Below, one piece after another: positions 30,921 through 40,929 of a stretch of DNA of 64,000 nucleotides. Positions within the stretch are counted from its first letter, which is position 1; each line of letters opens with the position of its first letter. The stretch is from Desulfobacterales bacterium (lineage in GTDB: Bacteria > Desulfobacterota > Desulfobacteria > Desulfobacterales > UBA5852), in contig CAXXVS010000003.1 in the NCBI GenBank assembly GCA_963674755.2, forward strand, positions 1,216,001 to 1,280,000, written 5' to 3'. The translations under genes were made by a program, and so were the position numbers. Under the pieces are notes generated by a model. It did not search any database and was not told where the DNA came from. It saw only the letters and a program-made list of their open reading frames with translations.

Positions 30921-33592
30921 CAGCCGAGCAGGAACGTCTGGTCGCCGATGACCAACGCACGGCCAATTGGAAGCGCTGGGGGCCTTACCTGAGCGAGCGG
31001 CAATGGGCCACCGTGCGGGAGGATTACTCCGCCGAGGGTACCGTTTGGGACTACTTCCCCCACGACCATGCCCGCAGCCGCGCCTATCGCTGGGGCGAGG
31101 ACGGCCTTCTGGGCATCACCGACCGGGAGTGTCGGCTGTGCTTTGCTCTGGCGCTCTGGAACGGGAAGGATCCGATCCTGAAGGAGCGGCTCTTCGGCCT
31201 GACCGGTCCCGAGGGAAACCACGGGGAGGATGTCAAGGAAGAATACTTCTACCTGGCATCGACGCCCACCCATTCCTATCTCAAGGGGCTCTACAAATAC
31301 CCGCAAAGCGCCTTTCCCTACGAGGGGCTGGTTGACGAAAACCACCGGCGGACCAAACGCGAGCCTGAGTTCGAACTGGTGGATACCGGCGCCTTGGCCG
31401 ACAACCGCTATTTCGACGTGTTCGCGGAATATGCTAAAAGGGCACCGGATGATATCCTCATCCGCCTCACCCTGGCCAATCGCGGCCCCGAGGAAGCCCG
31501 CGTGCATCTGTTGCCCACCTTGTGGTTCCGTAACACCTGGTCGTGGCATTGCCTCCACGAATGCATCTGGCCCAAACCGCGCCTGCAGCGCGAACAAGAG
31601 GGGCGGATGATCGCGGTTCGCCATGAATCGCTGGGCCGTTTCCACCTGGCGCTCGGATCCCATCCCGACGGCTCCCGGCCGCCGCTGCTCTTCACGGAAA
31701 ACGAAAGCAACACCCAACGCCTCTGGGATTCCGGCGAAGAGGGGTTTTTCAAGGACGCCTTCCACGATTACATCATCGCGGGGCGCCGGGCGGCGGTCAA
31801 CCGGCGGGGCGTCGGCACCAAGGCGGCGGCCCATTACATCCTCGACATTCCGGCCGGCGAGGCGCGGACCGTAAAATTGCGGCTATTTTCCGAAGCCGAG
31901 GCGCCCGCGGCGGCCTTCGGAGCGGAATTCGACCGGATTTTCGCGACCCGTATCAGTGAGAACGATGCCTTTTATGACGCTGCTTCGCCGGCCACCCTCG
32001 ATGACGATCAGCGCAACGTCGTACGCCAGGGCTACGCGGGACTGCTCTGGAGCAAGCAGTTCTATCACCTTGTCGTCGCGGACTGGCTGGAGGGCGATCC
32101 GGCCATGCCGACCCCGCCGGCCGGCCGCCGGCAGGTCCGCAACAGCGAATGGCGGCATCTCTACAGCCGGGATGTGATCTCCATGCCGGACAAATGGGAG
32201 TATCCCTGGTTTGCCGGCTGGGATCTGGCCTTTCACATGATTCCCTTCGCCCAAATCGATCCGGACTTCGCCAAATCCCAGCTCATTTTGTTCCTGCGCG
32301 AATGGTATATGCATCCCAACGGGCAGCTGCCGGCCTACGAGTTCGCCTTCGGTGACGTCAATCCGCCGGTGCATGCCTGGGCGGCCTGGCGGGTTTACAA
32401 GATCGCGGCCGCGCGGGGCGACCGCGACCGCGATTTTCTGGAAAGCGCCTTTCAAAAACTCCTGCTGAACTTCACCTGGTGGGTGAACCGCAAGGACGTT
32501 CAGGGCAAGAACATCTTCTCCGGCGGTTTTCTGGGGCTGGACAACATCGGGGTGTTCGACCGCTCCAAACCCCTGCCCACCGGCGGCGTCCTGCAGCAGG
32601 CCGACGGAACCGCCTGGATGGGGTTTTACTGCGGCACCATGCTCAGTATGGCCATGGAGCTGGCGCACATGGACGGCCGGATCCACCAGGCCTATGAGGA
32701 CATGGCTTCGAAATTCCTCGAGCACTTCATCCAGATCGCCGATGCCATCAACAGCCTGTGCGGCGACGGCCTGTGGGATGAGCAGGACGGGTTTTACTAC
32801 GACCAGATCCGCTTCGACCATTCCAGTGTACCGCTCAAAATTCGTTCCATCGTGGGCCTGCTGCCGCTGATCACGGTGGAGGTCTACGACGAGGAAACCC
32901 TCAAACGTTTGCCCGGCTTTTACAAGCGCCTGGTGTGGTTCCGCAATTTCCGCCGGGATCTGCCCAATCATATCACCCATTACGAACATCACCGCGGACG
33001 TCGCATGATCGCGCTGCCATCCCGCGAGCGGCTGCAGCGCATCCTGCGCACCATGCTGGACGAAAACGAATTTCTCGCCCCCCACGGCATCCGTTCGGTT
33101 TCCAAGTTCCATGGCGCGCACCCCTTCGTGTTCGAGGCCAATGGCAGCACCCACCAGGTGGATTACGAACCGGGCGAATCGACCACCGAGCTGTTCGGCG
33201 GCAACTCGAACTGGCGGGGTCCGGTCTGGCTGCCCATCAACTATCTGCTCATCGAAGCCCTGGAACGCTACCACCACTTTTATGGCGACGACTTCACGGT
33301 GGAATGCCCGACCGGTTCGGGCCATGTGGTAACCCTGGACAAGGTCGCCCGGGAGTTGGCGCGCCGCGTGGCGACGCTTTTTCTGCGGGATGAGAACGGA
33401 CGCCGTCCCTGCTTCGGTGACGCCGCCCGTTGGAGCGACGACCCCTATTGGCGCGATCTGGTGCTGTTCAACGAATACTTCCATGGCGAAACCGGTCGGG
33501 GCCTAGGCGCCAGCCACCAGACCGGCTGGACGGCCCTGGCGATCCGGCACATCGAAGATTTGCATCGGTACCAGGAAGGTGCTCCTGATTAG
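30917..33592 (+). CDS. GH63/MGH1-like glycoside hydrolase
   Basis: WGPYLSERQW, MPDKWEYPWF, GGFLGLDNIG, GGNSNWRGP, GASHQTGWT. Confidence 0.88.
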   Translation: MTAEQERLVADDQRTANWKRWGPYLSERQWATVREDYSAEGTVWDYFPHDHARSRAYRWGEDGLLGITDRECRLCFALALWNGKDPILKERLFGLTGPEGNHGEDVKEEYFYLASTPTHSYLKGLYKYPQSAFPYEGLVDENHRRTKREPEFELVDTGALADNRYFDVFAEYAKRAPDDILIRLTLANRGPEEARVHLLPTLWFRNTWSWHCLHECIWPKPRLQREQEGRMIAVRHESLGRFHLALGSHPDGSRPPLLFTENESNTQRLWDSGEEGFFKDAFHDYIIAGRRAAVNRRGVGTKAAAHYILDIPAGEARTVKLRLFSEAEAPAAAFGAEFDRIFATRISENDAFYDAASPATLDDDQRNVVRQGYAGLLWSKQFYHLVVADWLEGDPAMPTPPAGRRQVRNSEWRHLYSRDVISMPDKWEYPWFAGWDLAFHMIPFAQIDPDFAKSQLILFLREWYMHPNGQLPAYEFAFGDVNPPVHAWAAWRVYKIAAARGDRDRDFLESAFQKLLLNFTWWVNRKDVQGKNIFSGGFLGLDNIGVFDRSKPLPTGGVLQQADGTAWMGFYCGTMLSMAMELAHMDGRIHQAYEDMASKFLEHFIQIADAINSLCGDGLWDEQDGFYYDQIRFDHSSVPLKIRSIVGLLPLITVEVYDEETLKRLPGFYKRLVWFRNFRRDLPNHITHYEHHRGRRMIALPSRERLQRILRTMLDENEFLAPHGIRSVSKFHGAHPFVFEANGSTHQVDYEPGESTTELFGGNSNWRGPVWLPINYLLIEALERYHHFYGDDFTVECPTGSGHVVTLDKVARELARRVATLFLRDENGRRPCFGDAARWSDDPYWRDLVLFNEYFHGETGRGLGASHQTGWTALAIRHIEDLHRYQEGAPD

Positions 33593-33656
33593 AGGAGAAA
33601 TTTTCAATAGGTCCGACCAGCGGGGAATAACTTCTTCGAGGGCATCAACCCAACGC

Positions 33657-33691
33657 AAAAAGGGGCCCGCTTCAGCCGAAGCGGGCCCCTT
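33657..33691 (-). terminator. Rho-independent terminator
   Basis: AAGGGGCCCGCTTC-AGCC-GAAGCGGGCCCCTT; U-tract on the minus strand; lies between convergent genes. Confidence 0.85.
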
Positions 33692-33723
33692 GCGGTAATC
33701 AACGATGATGGATTTGCGAATGC

Positions 33724-36700
33724 TTATTCGATGATCACGGTCGTTTCTGCTCCTGTCGCTGTTGCGGGGACATTGGCCGGAAACTCCGTAGGCATGAGGC
33801 GGCGGAACATGATGTCGCTGCCCTCCTCGCCCTCGTCCAGCCAGACGCCGTAGAAACGCTCGCCATTGGGCGTCATGCGGATCTGAACCTCCCCTTGCTC
33901 CTGGTCGCCCTTGGCCAGACGGTACCAGCCGCTGACGGTTTCGTCGGCATGATTGCCGTCGCTGTCCGGATTCACGACCCAGGTGTCCTCCACCAGGGTG
34001 TTGCCCCGATCCAGGGAGAAGCTCAGGAAAAGGTCCTCCGGAGCCTTCTCCACGTCGGGCAGGTTGGTGGAAGTGCCATAGGCCAGATAGAACACGTCCG
34101 GGTCCTGCTTGTCTTCGGCGATTCCTGTCCAAACACCGTTTACCTTGATCGTGCCGGGTACGGCCACGATCCGCGGCTCGATGACGCTGACCTTGTTGTT
34201 CTTGATCAGGGACACGTTGCGCGCGGGCTCGTAGACGCCGCCGCCTTGATACACGGTGTCGACCGTGTAGTGCTTGGTCGGCTCGGTGACATCGTTGCCC
34301 TCCGCGTCCAACTCCGCCCCGGAAACCCCTTCGGGATCGAAGAAGTAGTCGATGTGGGTGACATCGCCGTCATAATCTGGATCGGTGGTCCAGGTAGCAC
34401 CACCGTCGAAGGAACGCCGGATGTAGAAGTCATACTTGTCGTGGGCTTTGCGTGAGGCCGCCCAGTTGGGGCAGTAGGAGTAGCCCATGATGACGAAGTC
34501 GCCGCGAATCGCACCGCGATGGGCGCGCGCGTCTTCGTAGGGGTTTACGCCCGACTTCCAGGTCAGGCATTCTTCCGGCTGGATCCAGTCGCAGACTTTG
34601 ACGCCGTCACCCTTGGCGCTCTCGGAACGATCGGGATTGATCCAGGTCGTTCCGGGCATCACTGTGCTGACGTTCTGGGCGCCAGGTAGGAAGTTTGCAG
34701 GTGACCAAGGATTGCCCTTTTTGATGGTGCCGTCTTCATTTTTCACCACGCACCGGCGCATCATGATGTCGCTCGGCCGACCGGCACCTTCCTCGCCCTC
34801 TTTATAGAGGACGATCAGCACGGTGCCCGAGTTGTCCGGCTGTTTGAACGAGCCGTCCGTCTTGGTGCCACCGAAGGCGGACGCCTTGGACTGCAGGATG
34901 AACCGGGGACGGCGGGCGTTCTCGTAGGCCAGGATCGGATCACCTTTCCAATCGAGGATCTGTTGGCCGGCCAGGGGGTTGGGGATCGGTTCATAGCCGG
35001 TGATATTGCCTTCCGCATCGTAAATCGGATCTGACCCGAGATACTCCGGCTCCTGAGCATAGACGGGATTGCCGTATTCATCTGTCTCGGGCAGGTTGAG
35101 GATGGTCCCGGCGCTGACCAGGTCCGGCTGGGTGAAGTCGAAGCTGTGGTAGATGGCGTTTTTGCCGTTGTCCGGGACGGATTCATATGGGTCGTAGCCG
35201 CTGCCGTCCTGGGGCTGTTCTCCGGTTCCTGTTGTTTCCGAAGGCCCGGAACCCAAGCCTTTGGTCTCCTCATAGGCCATGATGGCCCAGGCGCTCTTGG
35301 TGCCGTCCTTCTTGGTGTAGGTCTGCAGGAAGAGGTTCGGACGCGTAGCCGAGGTGTTGCCATCCAGCAGCCGGCCGTCGGTGGCCACCGCCACGGTGCG
35401 CTCCGCGCCCTGGTAGTTGGTCTTGGTATAGAGGCCGATTCCGTCGGGTGAGATGCCATTCTCGTAGGACCAGAGATCCTGCTGCAACCACGGAAAGTTA
35501 TCCATGGTTACCTCGGTGATATAGCGGTGGGAGCCGTCTTTGGTATCGTCCGGATCGGGTTGGATGTAGGGATACGGGTCGTAGGGATAGTAAGCCTCGA
35601 TGATCTCGCCGCCTTCCTGGGTGCCGTCCTTCCAAATGCCACCCATGGCTTCGCATTCGGCGCATTTAACGGCTTCGTCCAGGCCGTAGGACACCGCGAT
35701 TACCCGGTCCCGGGGCACCACGTGATTGTAATGGCAACTCACACAGTCGCTGTTGGTAAATCCTCCCAGGTATTCGCCAGCCCCGTCATTGACCACCACC
35801 AGCGGTACCGGCGCCGCTTGGGTGGGGTTCTCACCATGGGGGTCGGTATCATAAGGCACATGGCAGTTGGTGCAATTCATGGTGGACGAGTGGTCACTCG
35901 GTACGGCCCGCAACACGGCGTAGTCAGCGCTCAGGGCATCGGGGTCGTCCGGTGTCACGATGGTGCCCCCGCCCTCGAATTTGACGCAGCGGGTCAGATT
36001 CGCGGTTTCGTAGGTAATGTCGCCCGCGCTGACCGCCGCGATGGGGTTGCCGTCGGCATCCAGCAACTCGGCGTTGTTCGTGTTGACGGCGTCGTTGTCC
36101 GAAATCCGTACCGGCAGCGACATGGGTACCAGAGCCTTGGGCCGGTTGGTCCACGCGATTTCATTGCCCTCATCGTCATATTGCACGGGATGCTCGGGAT
36201 CACCACCGGCCACGAAGTTTTCGTCGAGCTGCGCGTGATCGGCCCAGGTGATATAGCTGTACCAGATGTCGGTCTTGTGGTTGGCTGTGGCGCCACCCCA
36301 GCCAGGGCCGGGACCCTTGGCTTCACCCGGACGCAGCCCCTTGGGGTCTTCCTGCCAGGTGATGGCGAATCCGGCCCCGTCCGCGGCGCCCATGAATACC
36401 TGGTTGGCATCGCGCCGGCCGGAGGTCAGGCGTTCGGGCTTAAACCACACGATGTCGCCGACCTCCTTGTCGGCCCACCAGCCGCCCCTGTCGATTTCGG
36501 CCTGGGTGACGATGACGCCGCGGCAGGTCCAGACCGCACTGTAGGGCACCTCACCCTCTTCGGGGTAGCCCTGTTCGGTATAGTCCACTGAACGCTGAGG
36601 ACCCGAGACGCCCCAGAAATCGTCCGCTACATAAGGATCGTCGTAAGGATAGTCAGGGCCACATTTTTCATTTTCACCAGACCCTGCGCAGGTTTCGCAT

Positions 36701-38367
36701 TCATCGGGAACGCCATCGCCATCCTTATCCGGACAGGCCCGGATCGAATAGCGCGGCTTGCCGCCTTTGGCGAACTTGCTGGTCCAGGCGATCAGGATTT
36801 TATTGCCCTTGACCTGGAAGACCGGTTTCTTGCAGTAGCCATAGTAAGGCTCGCCATTGGCCAGGGTGAACGAACTGCGGTCGGCCATGCGCGAGATGTT
36901 CTTGCGTTTCCAGGTGTGGCCGTCGTCCCGGGACACAGCCGCCCAGACGTCGTGGGCGCCGGTTTCGGGGTCCGCATCGCAGAAGGTGGCGATGATCGGT
37001 TTGGCTTCGGTGGCCGTTCGGATCAAATTTCCATCTTCATCATAGTAAGGGATCGCGGGGGTCCCGGTCTCATCTGTATAATCCACTGGATCGCCGTTGG
37101 CCTTGAGAGCCGGGAACCAGACGCCCATGATGTTGAGCTTGGCCTTAGCGCTGGCCAGCTCTGGCGTGCGTGAGACGCGCTTGCGGAACATGGACGAGCT
37201 CGTGGATTTGCCCAAGTGGGCCTGGGCGTCTTCAGCTGAGACGGCCACCAGGCCAGTTTCGCTCATGGCACGGGCTTCGGTGATGGTCGCCTGGATGATG
37301 TCTTCCACCATTTCATCATCGCTGAAATTGATACTTTCCAGCCCAATGCCTGCCATGGCAGCGGTAAAGGCAGCGGCCACCGTATCGGTAATCAGGATGC
37401 CTTTTTGCGGGGTCGCATCCGCATCCAGGCTTTGGAGCAGGCGGGCCATGTTGATGACCCGCGGGTCGTCGAGGTCGCTGTTGGCGAACATGTCCAGCGG
37501 GGAGATTTTGTGGTCCACCAGGGTGCTGCCGATGGGGATGCCGCCGATGGAGAGCTCCACGGTCTCGCCCGGGAAATAGTCGAAAGCCCCGGATTCGTCA
37601 GTCAGCCCGTTGTGGGTCGGGGTCTGGAAGGTCATACCTTCCACCGGCGAGTCGATGAAGTGGGCCCGCCGCGGGTGGGCCATCTCGTAGGTGGCGAAGC
37701 CCCAATGGCTGAGGATTTTCTGTTTGAGGAAGCCGTTGACGTGGTTGTGGCGTTCGCGGTTGGCGTTGCCTTTGACAACGATGTGACGGACTTTGCCGAG
37801 ACCCGATACCAGGGCTTCGCTTTCTGGTCCCGTCGCCTCGAATTCCGGATCGACCATCCAGACATCGCGTTGGGAAAGAATTTTCCCCCTGATGCGGTCC
37901 ACAAAAACAAAAACCCCATGGACGCACAGGTTTTGCAGCCGCAGCGCCTCATAGGGCTGCCCCCAACGAAAATCCATGTCCTCTTCCAGATCGAGGACCA
38001 AGGCATACTGGCCGGCGGGCTCCTCGTATTGCACCCGGTAGGGGAAGACGTCTAGGTCGGGCGTACCGTTCGGTTTGAGGGGTACCGGATCGTTGCCCAC
38101 GTAGATGTCGAGCTTCTTGATTTTCCATTCGCCGCTGGCGTCCTGGCAGGTCAGATCTTCGGGCGTTACCCGGATTTGCAGCTTGACGCGGGTGTTCCAG
38201 ATCGCGACGCTACCGGTGGCGGGGTAGGTCAGCCAACCATCGTCGGTTAACTCGCATCGGTAGAGGTTGTTCTGCATGAGGCCGCCGGGACCTTGGTAAG
38301 CCCAACCCAAGGTCGGCAGGAGCGCGAGTAGGAGCCCTGTAATCAAACAACGATGGTGAAATTTCAT
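33724..38367 (-). CDS. Giant secreted protein, 1547 aa; Asp-box propeller-like scaffold (resembles choice-of-anchor O proteins) with two CxxCH
   Basis: Signal peptide MKFHHR..LGWA; Asp-boxes SRDDGHTW, SFDGGATW; RRDANQ, WQEDPKG, NHKTDIWYS, YENARR; CTNCH and CVSCH. Confidence 0.8.
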   Translation of the reverse strand: MKFHHRCLITGLLLALLPTLGWAYQGPGGLMQNNLYRCELTDDGWLTYPATGSVAIWNTRVKLQIRVTPEDLTCQDASGEWKIKKLDIYVGNDPVPLKPNGTPDLDVFPYRVQYEEPAGQYALVLDLEEDMDFRWGQPYEALRLQNLCVHGVFVFVDRIRGKILSQRDVWMVDPEFEATGPESEALVSGLGKVRHIVVKGNANRERHNHVNGFLKQKILSHWGFATYEMAHPRRAHFIDSPVEGMTFQTPTHNGLTDESGAFDYFPGETVELSIGGIPIGSTLVDHKISPLDMFANSDLDDPRVINMARLLQSLDADATPQKGILITDTVAAAFTAAMAGIGLESINFSDDEMVEDIIQATITEARAMSETGLVAVSAEDAQAHLGKSTSSSMFRKRVSRTPELASAKAKLNIMGVWFPALKANGDPVDYTDETGTPAIPYYDEDGNLIRTATEAKPIIATFCDADPETGAHDVWAAVSRDDGHTWKRKNISRMADRSSFTLANGEPYYGYCKKPVFQVKGNKILIAWTSKFAKGGKPRYSIRACPDKDGDGVPDECETCAGSGENEKCGPDYPYDDPYVADDFWGVSGPQRSVDYTEQGYPEEGEVPYSAVWTCRGVIVTQAEIDRGGWWADKEVGDIVWFKPERLTSGRRDANQVFMGAADGAGFAITWQEDPKGLRPGEAKGPGPGWGGATANHKTDIWYSYITWADHAQLDENFVAGGDPEHPVQYDDEGNEIAWTNRPKALVPMSLPVRISDNDAVNTNNAELLDADGNPIAAVSAGDITYETANLTRCVKFEGGGTIVTPDDPDALSADYAVLRAVPSDHSSTMNCTNCHVPYDTDPHGENPTQAAPVPLVVVNDGAGEYLGGFTNSDCVSCHYNHVVPRDRVIAVSYGLDEAVKCAECEAMGGIWKDGTQEGGEIIEAYYPYDPYPYIQPDPDDTKDGSHRYITEVTMDNFPWLQQDLWSYENGISPDGIGLYTKTNYQGAERTVAVATDGRLLDGNTSATRPNLFLQTYTKKDGTKSAWAIMAYEETKGLGSGPSETTGTGEQPQDGSGYDPYESVPDNGKNAIYHSFDFTQPDLVSAGTILNLPETDEYGNPVYAQEPEYLGSDPIYDAEGNITGYEPIPNPLAGQQILDWKGDPILAYENARRPRFILQSKASAFGGTKTDGSFKQPDNSGTVLIVLYKEGEEGAGRPSDIMMRRCVVKNEDGTIKKGNPWSPANFLPGAQNVSTVMPGTTWINPDRSESAKGDGVKVCDWIQPEECLTWKSGVNPYEDARAHRGAIRGDFVIMGYSYCPNWAASRKAHDKYDFYIRRSFDGGATWTTDPDYDGDVTHIDYFFDPEGVSGAELDAEGNDVTEPTKHYTVDTVYQGGGVYEPARNVSLIKNNKVSVIEPRIVAVPGTIKVNGVWTGIAEDKQDPDVFYLAYGTSTNLPDVEKAPEDLFLSFSLDRGNTLVEDTWVVNPDSDGNHADETVSGWYRLAKGDQEQGEVQIRMTPNGERFYGVWLDEGEEGSDIMFRRLMPTEFPANVPATATGAETTVIIE

Positions 38368-38509
38368 CCTGCCCCCTTCCTTTTGGTTTGTTTCCGTTCG
38401 CATGCGAAATGAGATGGGTTGACCTTTCCTTGCGGGCGATCAACAGAAGCGCCCATGTTGTCAAAATCGGCTAAGAACTTTTGTGGGATGAATCGTCAGG
38501 GGTAGGACT

Positions 38510-38525
38510 AGCAATTTGAGTGCCA
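38510..38525 (-). promoter_or_regulatory. sigma54 promoter of the giant gene 33724-38367
   Basis: Minus strand TGGCACTCAAATTGCT, consensus match. Confidence 0.85.
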
Positions 38526-38586
38526 TATAATAATAGGAATTATAACCATTTATTATCAGACAGATACGGATTAAGTAAATTTTAAA

Positions 38587-38646
38587 ATGAAATATATTTC
38601 ATAATATTGTTGCGAAAGTTTCGTTTGATTATGAAATATATTCCAC
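38587..38646. promoter_or_regulatory. Repeated AT-rich palindromes (candidate activator or repressor sites)
   Basis: ATGAAATATATTTCAT (perfect) and ATGAAATATATTCCAC 44 bp apart, with CGAAAGTTTCG between them. Confidence 0.55.
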
Positions 38647-38778
38647 AATCAAAAGATTTGATTAATTGCGGCAGGGAGGTAATGGCGGATCTTGATAGTT
38701 GTCTTATCATAGGGTATCGGGCAAATTTGAGGCTGCCAATGACCATTCACGTAGACTGAGAAGCGAGGGCACCTGACC

Positions 38779-39588
38779 ATGCCTTTGGATCATACGAACG
38801 ACAGGGCGCGGATCATATACTTCTCCCACGGCGGCGGGCCGCTGCCGATTCTTGGAGATGCGAGCCACCGGGCCATGATCGCCTTCATGCAGGTCCTGCC
38901 GGACCAGCTCGAAAGGCCGGAGGCGGTCGTGGTGATCAGCGCCCACTGGGAAGTGCGTGTCGCTACGGTATTGGGGCATCGCGCGCCCGGCATGTTCTAC
39001 GACTACTACGGGTTTCCGCCGGAAGCCTATCAAATCAACTACCCGGCTCCGGGAAACCCCGGCCTGGCGGAGAAAATTGCGGCGTTGCTGAGCAACAGCG
39101 GCATCTCCGCCCAAATCGATTTCGAGCGGGGCTTCGACCACGGCTTGTTTATTCCCATGGCAATGATGTACCCCCAGGCGGAGATTCCCATGCTCCAGCT
39201 ATCCCTTATCCGGGGGCTGAACCCGGCTAATCATATCGCCCTGGGCCGTGCTTTGCGTAACTTGCGAAGCGAGAACATCCTGGTGGTCGGTTCCGGATTT
39301 TCATTTCACAATATGCGGGCCTTCTCCTGGCAGGGGACGAAAGCTCCCGACCCCCGCAACGATGCCTTTCAAGATTGGCTTGTCGATGTTTGCACCGGCC
39401 CGCATTCCCAAGAGGAGCGCGAAGCCCTGTTGATCGAATGGGAACAAGCCCCCCATGCCCGCTACTGCCATCCGCGGGAAGAGCATCTTCTCCCCCTGCA
39501 TGTTTGCCTGGGGCTGGCCGACCGGCCCGCGGAAGTGATTTTCGATGATAACATTCTTGGCAAGCGGGCGGTGGCTTTCAAGTGGTAG
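38779..39588 (+). CDS. Class III extradiol dioxygenase (LigB/DODA/YgiD-like)
   Basis: SHGGGP, ISAHW, YDYYGFP, RGFDHG, GSGFSFHN, HPREEHLLPL. Confidence 0.9.
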   Translation: MPLDHTNDRARIIYFSHGGGPLPILGDASHRAMIAFMQVLPDQLERPEAVVVISAHWEVRVATVLGHRAPGMFYDYYGFPPEAYQINYPAPGNPGLAEKIAALLSNSGISAQIDFERGFDHGLFIPMAMMYPQAEIPMLQLSLIRGLNPANHIALGRALRNLRSENILVVGSGFSFHNMRAFSWQGTKAPDPRNDAFQDWLVDVCTGPHSQEEREALLIEWEQAPHARYCHPREEHLLPLHVCLGLADRPAEVIFDDNILGKRAVAFKW

Positions 39589-40025
39589 CTATCACCCATA
39601 TCCAAATGCTGACATCGCCGGCTAACGGGAAGAAAGTTAAAACGGCAATGGGCTTTTTGCAGGCGCCTGAAGCCTAGTGCAAGGCGTTAACGGCGACGCC
39701 TGAACAGCGGGCGGCCGTGCAGGGAACGGGCGTAATTTCTCAACGGCCAAAAAGCAGGCAGGTGTTTCCGTAAGCCGGCCTGGCCGAACCTCCTGGATAA
39801 TCTGCGGGTCGGATTGGTCTTGATAACCCTGCCTTCGACCAGCCCGGACAATACAAGACAGCCTGAAAAAGAAAACGAGAGATCTGGCGCCGACACGTCA
39901 GGTCGGCTTTGAGGTGATCATGGCGCAAGCGCTGTCGCTTCAGTGGGAGGTGCTGCCGGGCAGTTTCGGCATTTACCGCTGCTTCGAATCAATTCTGCCG
40001 CATCCGACGGGTGCCGCTTGCCTGG

Positions 40026-40379
40026 TCAATACTTCCCGTAACGCAGGCGGGTGCCATAGTCGAGGGATAGACGGATTTCCTGGGGCGACAATTCCGGCGG
40101 GAAATACACACCGGATATTTTCGCTCCGTGAATGCTGGCCCCCTCGAGACGGCAGGTGCTCAAGTCCAACCCCCGCAAGTCCGTCTGCCGGAAATAGCAG
40201 CCCGAAAAGTCAATGCCTTGCAGATTGAACTGCCGCAGGTCCTGGCTGCGGAAATCGAGATTGCGGAAGTCGCAGCAGTTTTCCTCGGTACATCGTGCAT
40301 TGAAGGCGTCGATGTCTTCATCCAGGATGAGCTGATAGAGCTTATTGCGGGTATCCCTGTGTGGCGGTTGATTTTCCAT
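40026..40379 (-). CDS. Pentapeptide-repeat protein
   Basis: FRNLD-FRSQD-LRQFN-LQGID-FSGCY-FRQTD-LRGLD repeats. Confidence 0.85.
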   Translation of the reverse strand: MENQPPHRDTRNKLYQLILDEDIDAFNARCTEENCCDFRNLDFRSQDLRQFNLQGIDFSGCYFRQTDLRGLDLSTCRLEGASIHGAKISGVYFPPELSPQEIRLSLDYGTRLRYGKY

Positions 40380-40585
40380 GTAACGCTCCCTTTTTCGGCA
40401 ATTGCCGTTTTGGTTCGCCGACGACCCTGCACGACTATGGCGCGGCCGTCCTATTTATTAACGGTAAAATGCCGGAAAACTTGAATTGGATAGGCCTCTT
40501 CCCGATGATCGGCCTCACGGTCCGTCGAGCATACGACGCGGTTGACCCGATGCCGAAATCGATCTTCTGTGGCCTCTCAAACGGC

Positions 40586-40758
40586 TGTAGCATGACACAA
40601 TTGCGGGAGACCCATAATTGTGTCGCCGCGGCCGGACACCTTTCTGCGAAAACTTCCCCGATTGCTTTCTGCTTCAATACGAATCAGCGTCATTCTTAGG
40701 AACGCAACGATCTGTCCCTCTTTCAATGATGAACGACTTCGGTGGCACAGGATTTGTA
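40586..40758 (+). promoter_or_regulatory. Bipartite enhancer plus sigma54 promoter of the cytochrome operon
   Basis: TGTAGCATGACACA (40586), AGACCCATAATTGTGTC (40608), TGGCACAGGATTTGTA (40743). Confidence 0.7.
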
Positions 40759-40929
40759 AAACCACCATGCCACAGGATCGGCAGACAAGGTCTCCCAAGT
40801 GCGGCAGGATAGTGCAAGACCCCCGGGTCCGTGACGCCCCGCAGCGTTTCCCCCTTTTGCTTTCAAACCGGAGCATTTTCGATAACGCCCAGACGGCGAA
40901 CGATCTTCATGAAAGGAGAACACACCAAA

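Noticed and set aside
39600..39900. Possible degenerate repeat element or structured RNA
   Set aside because: No definable ends or second copy in the window
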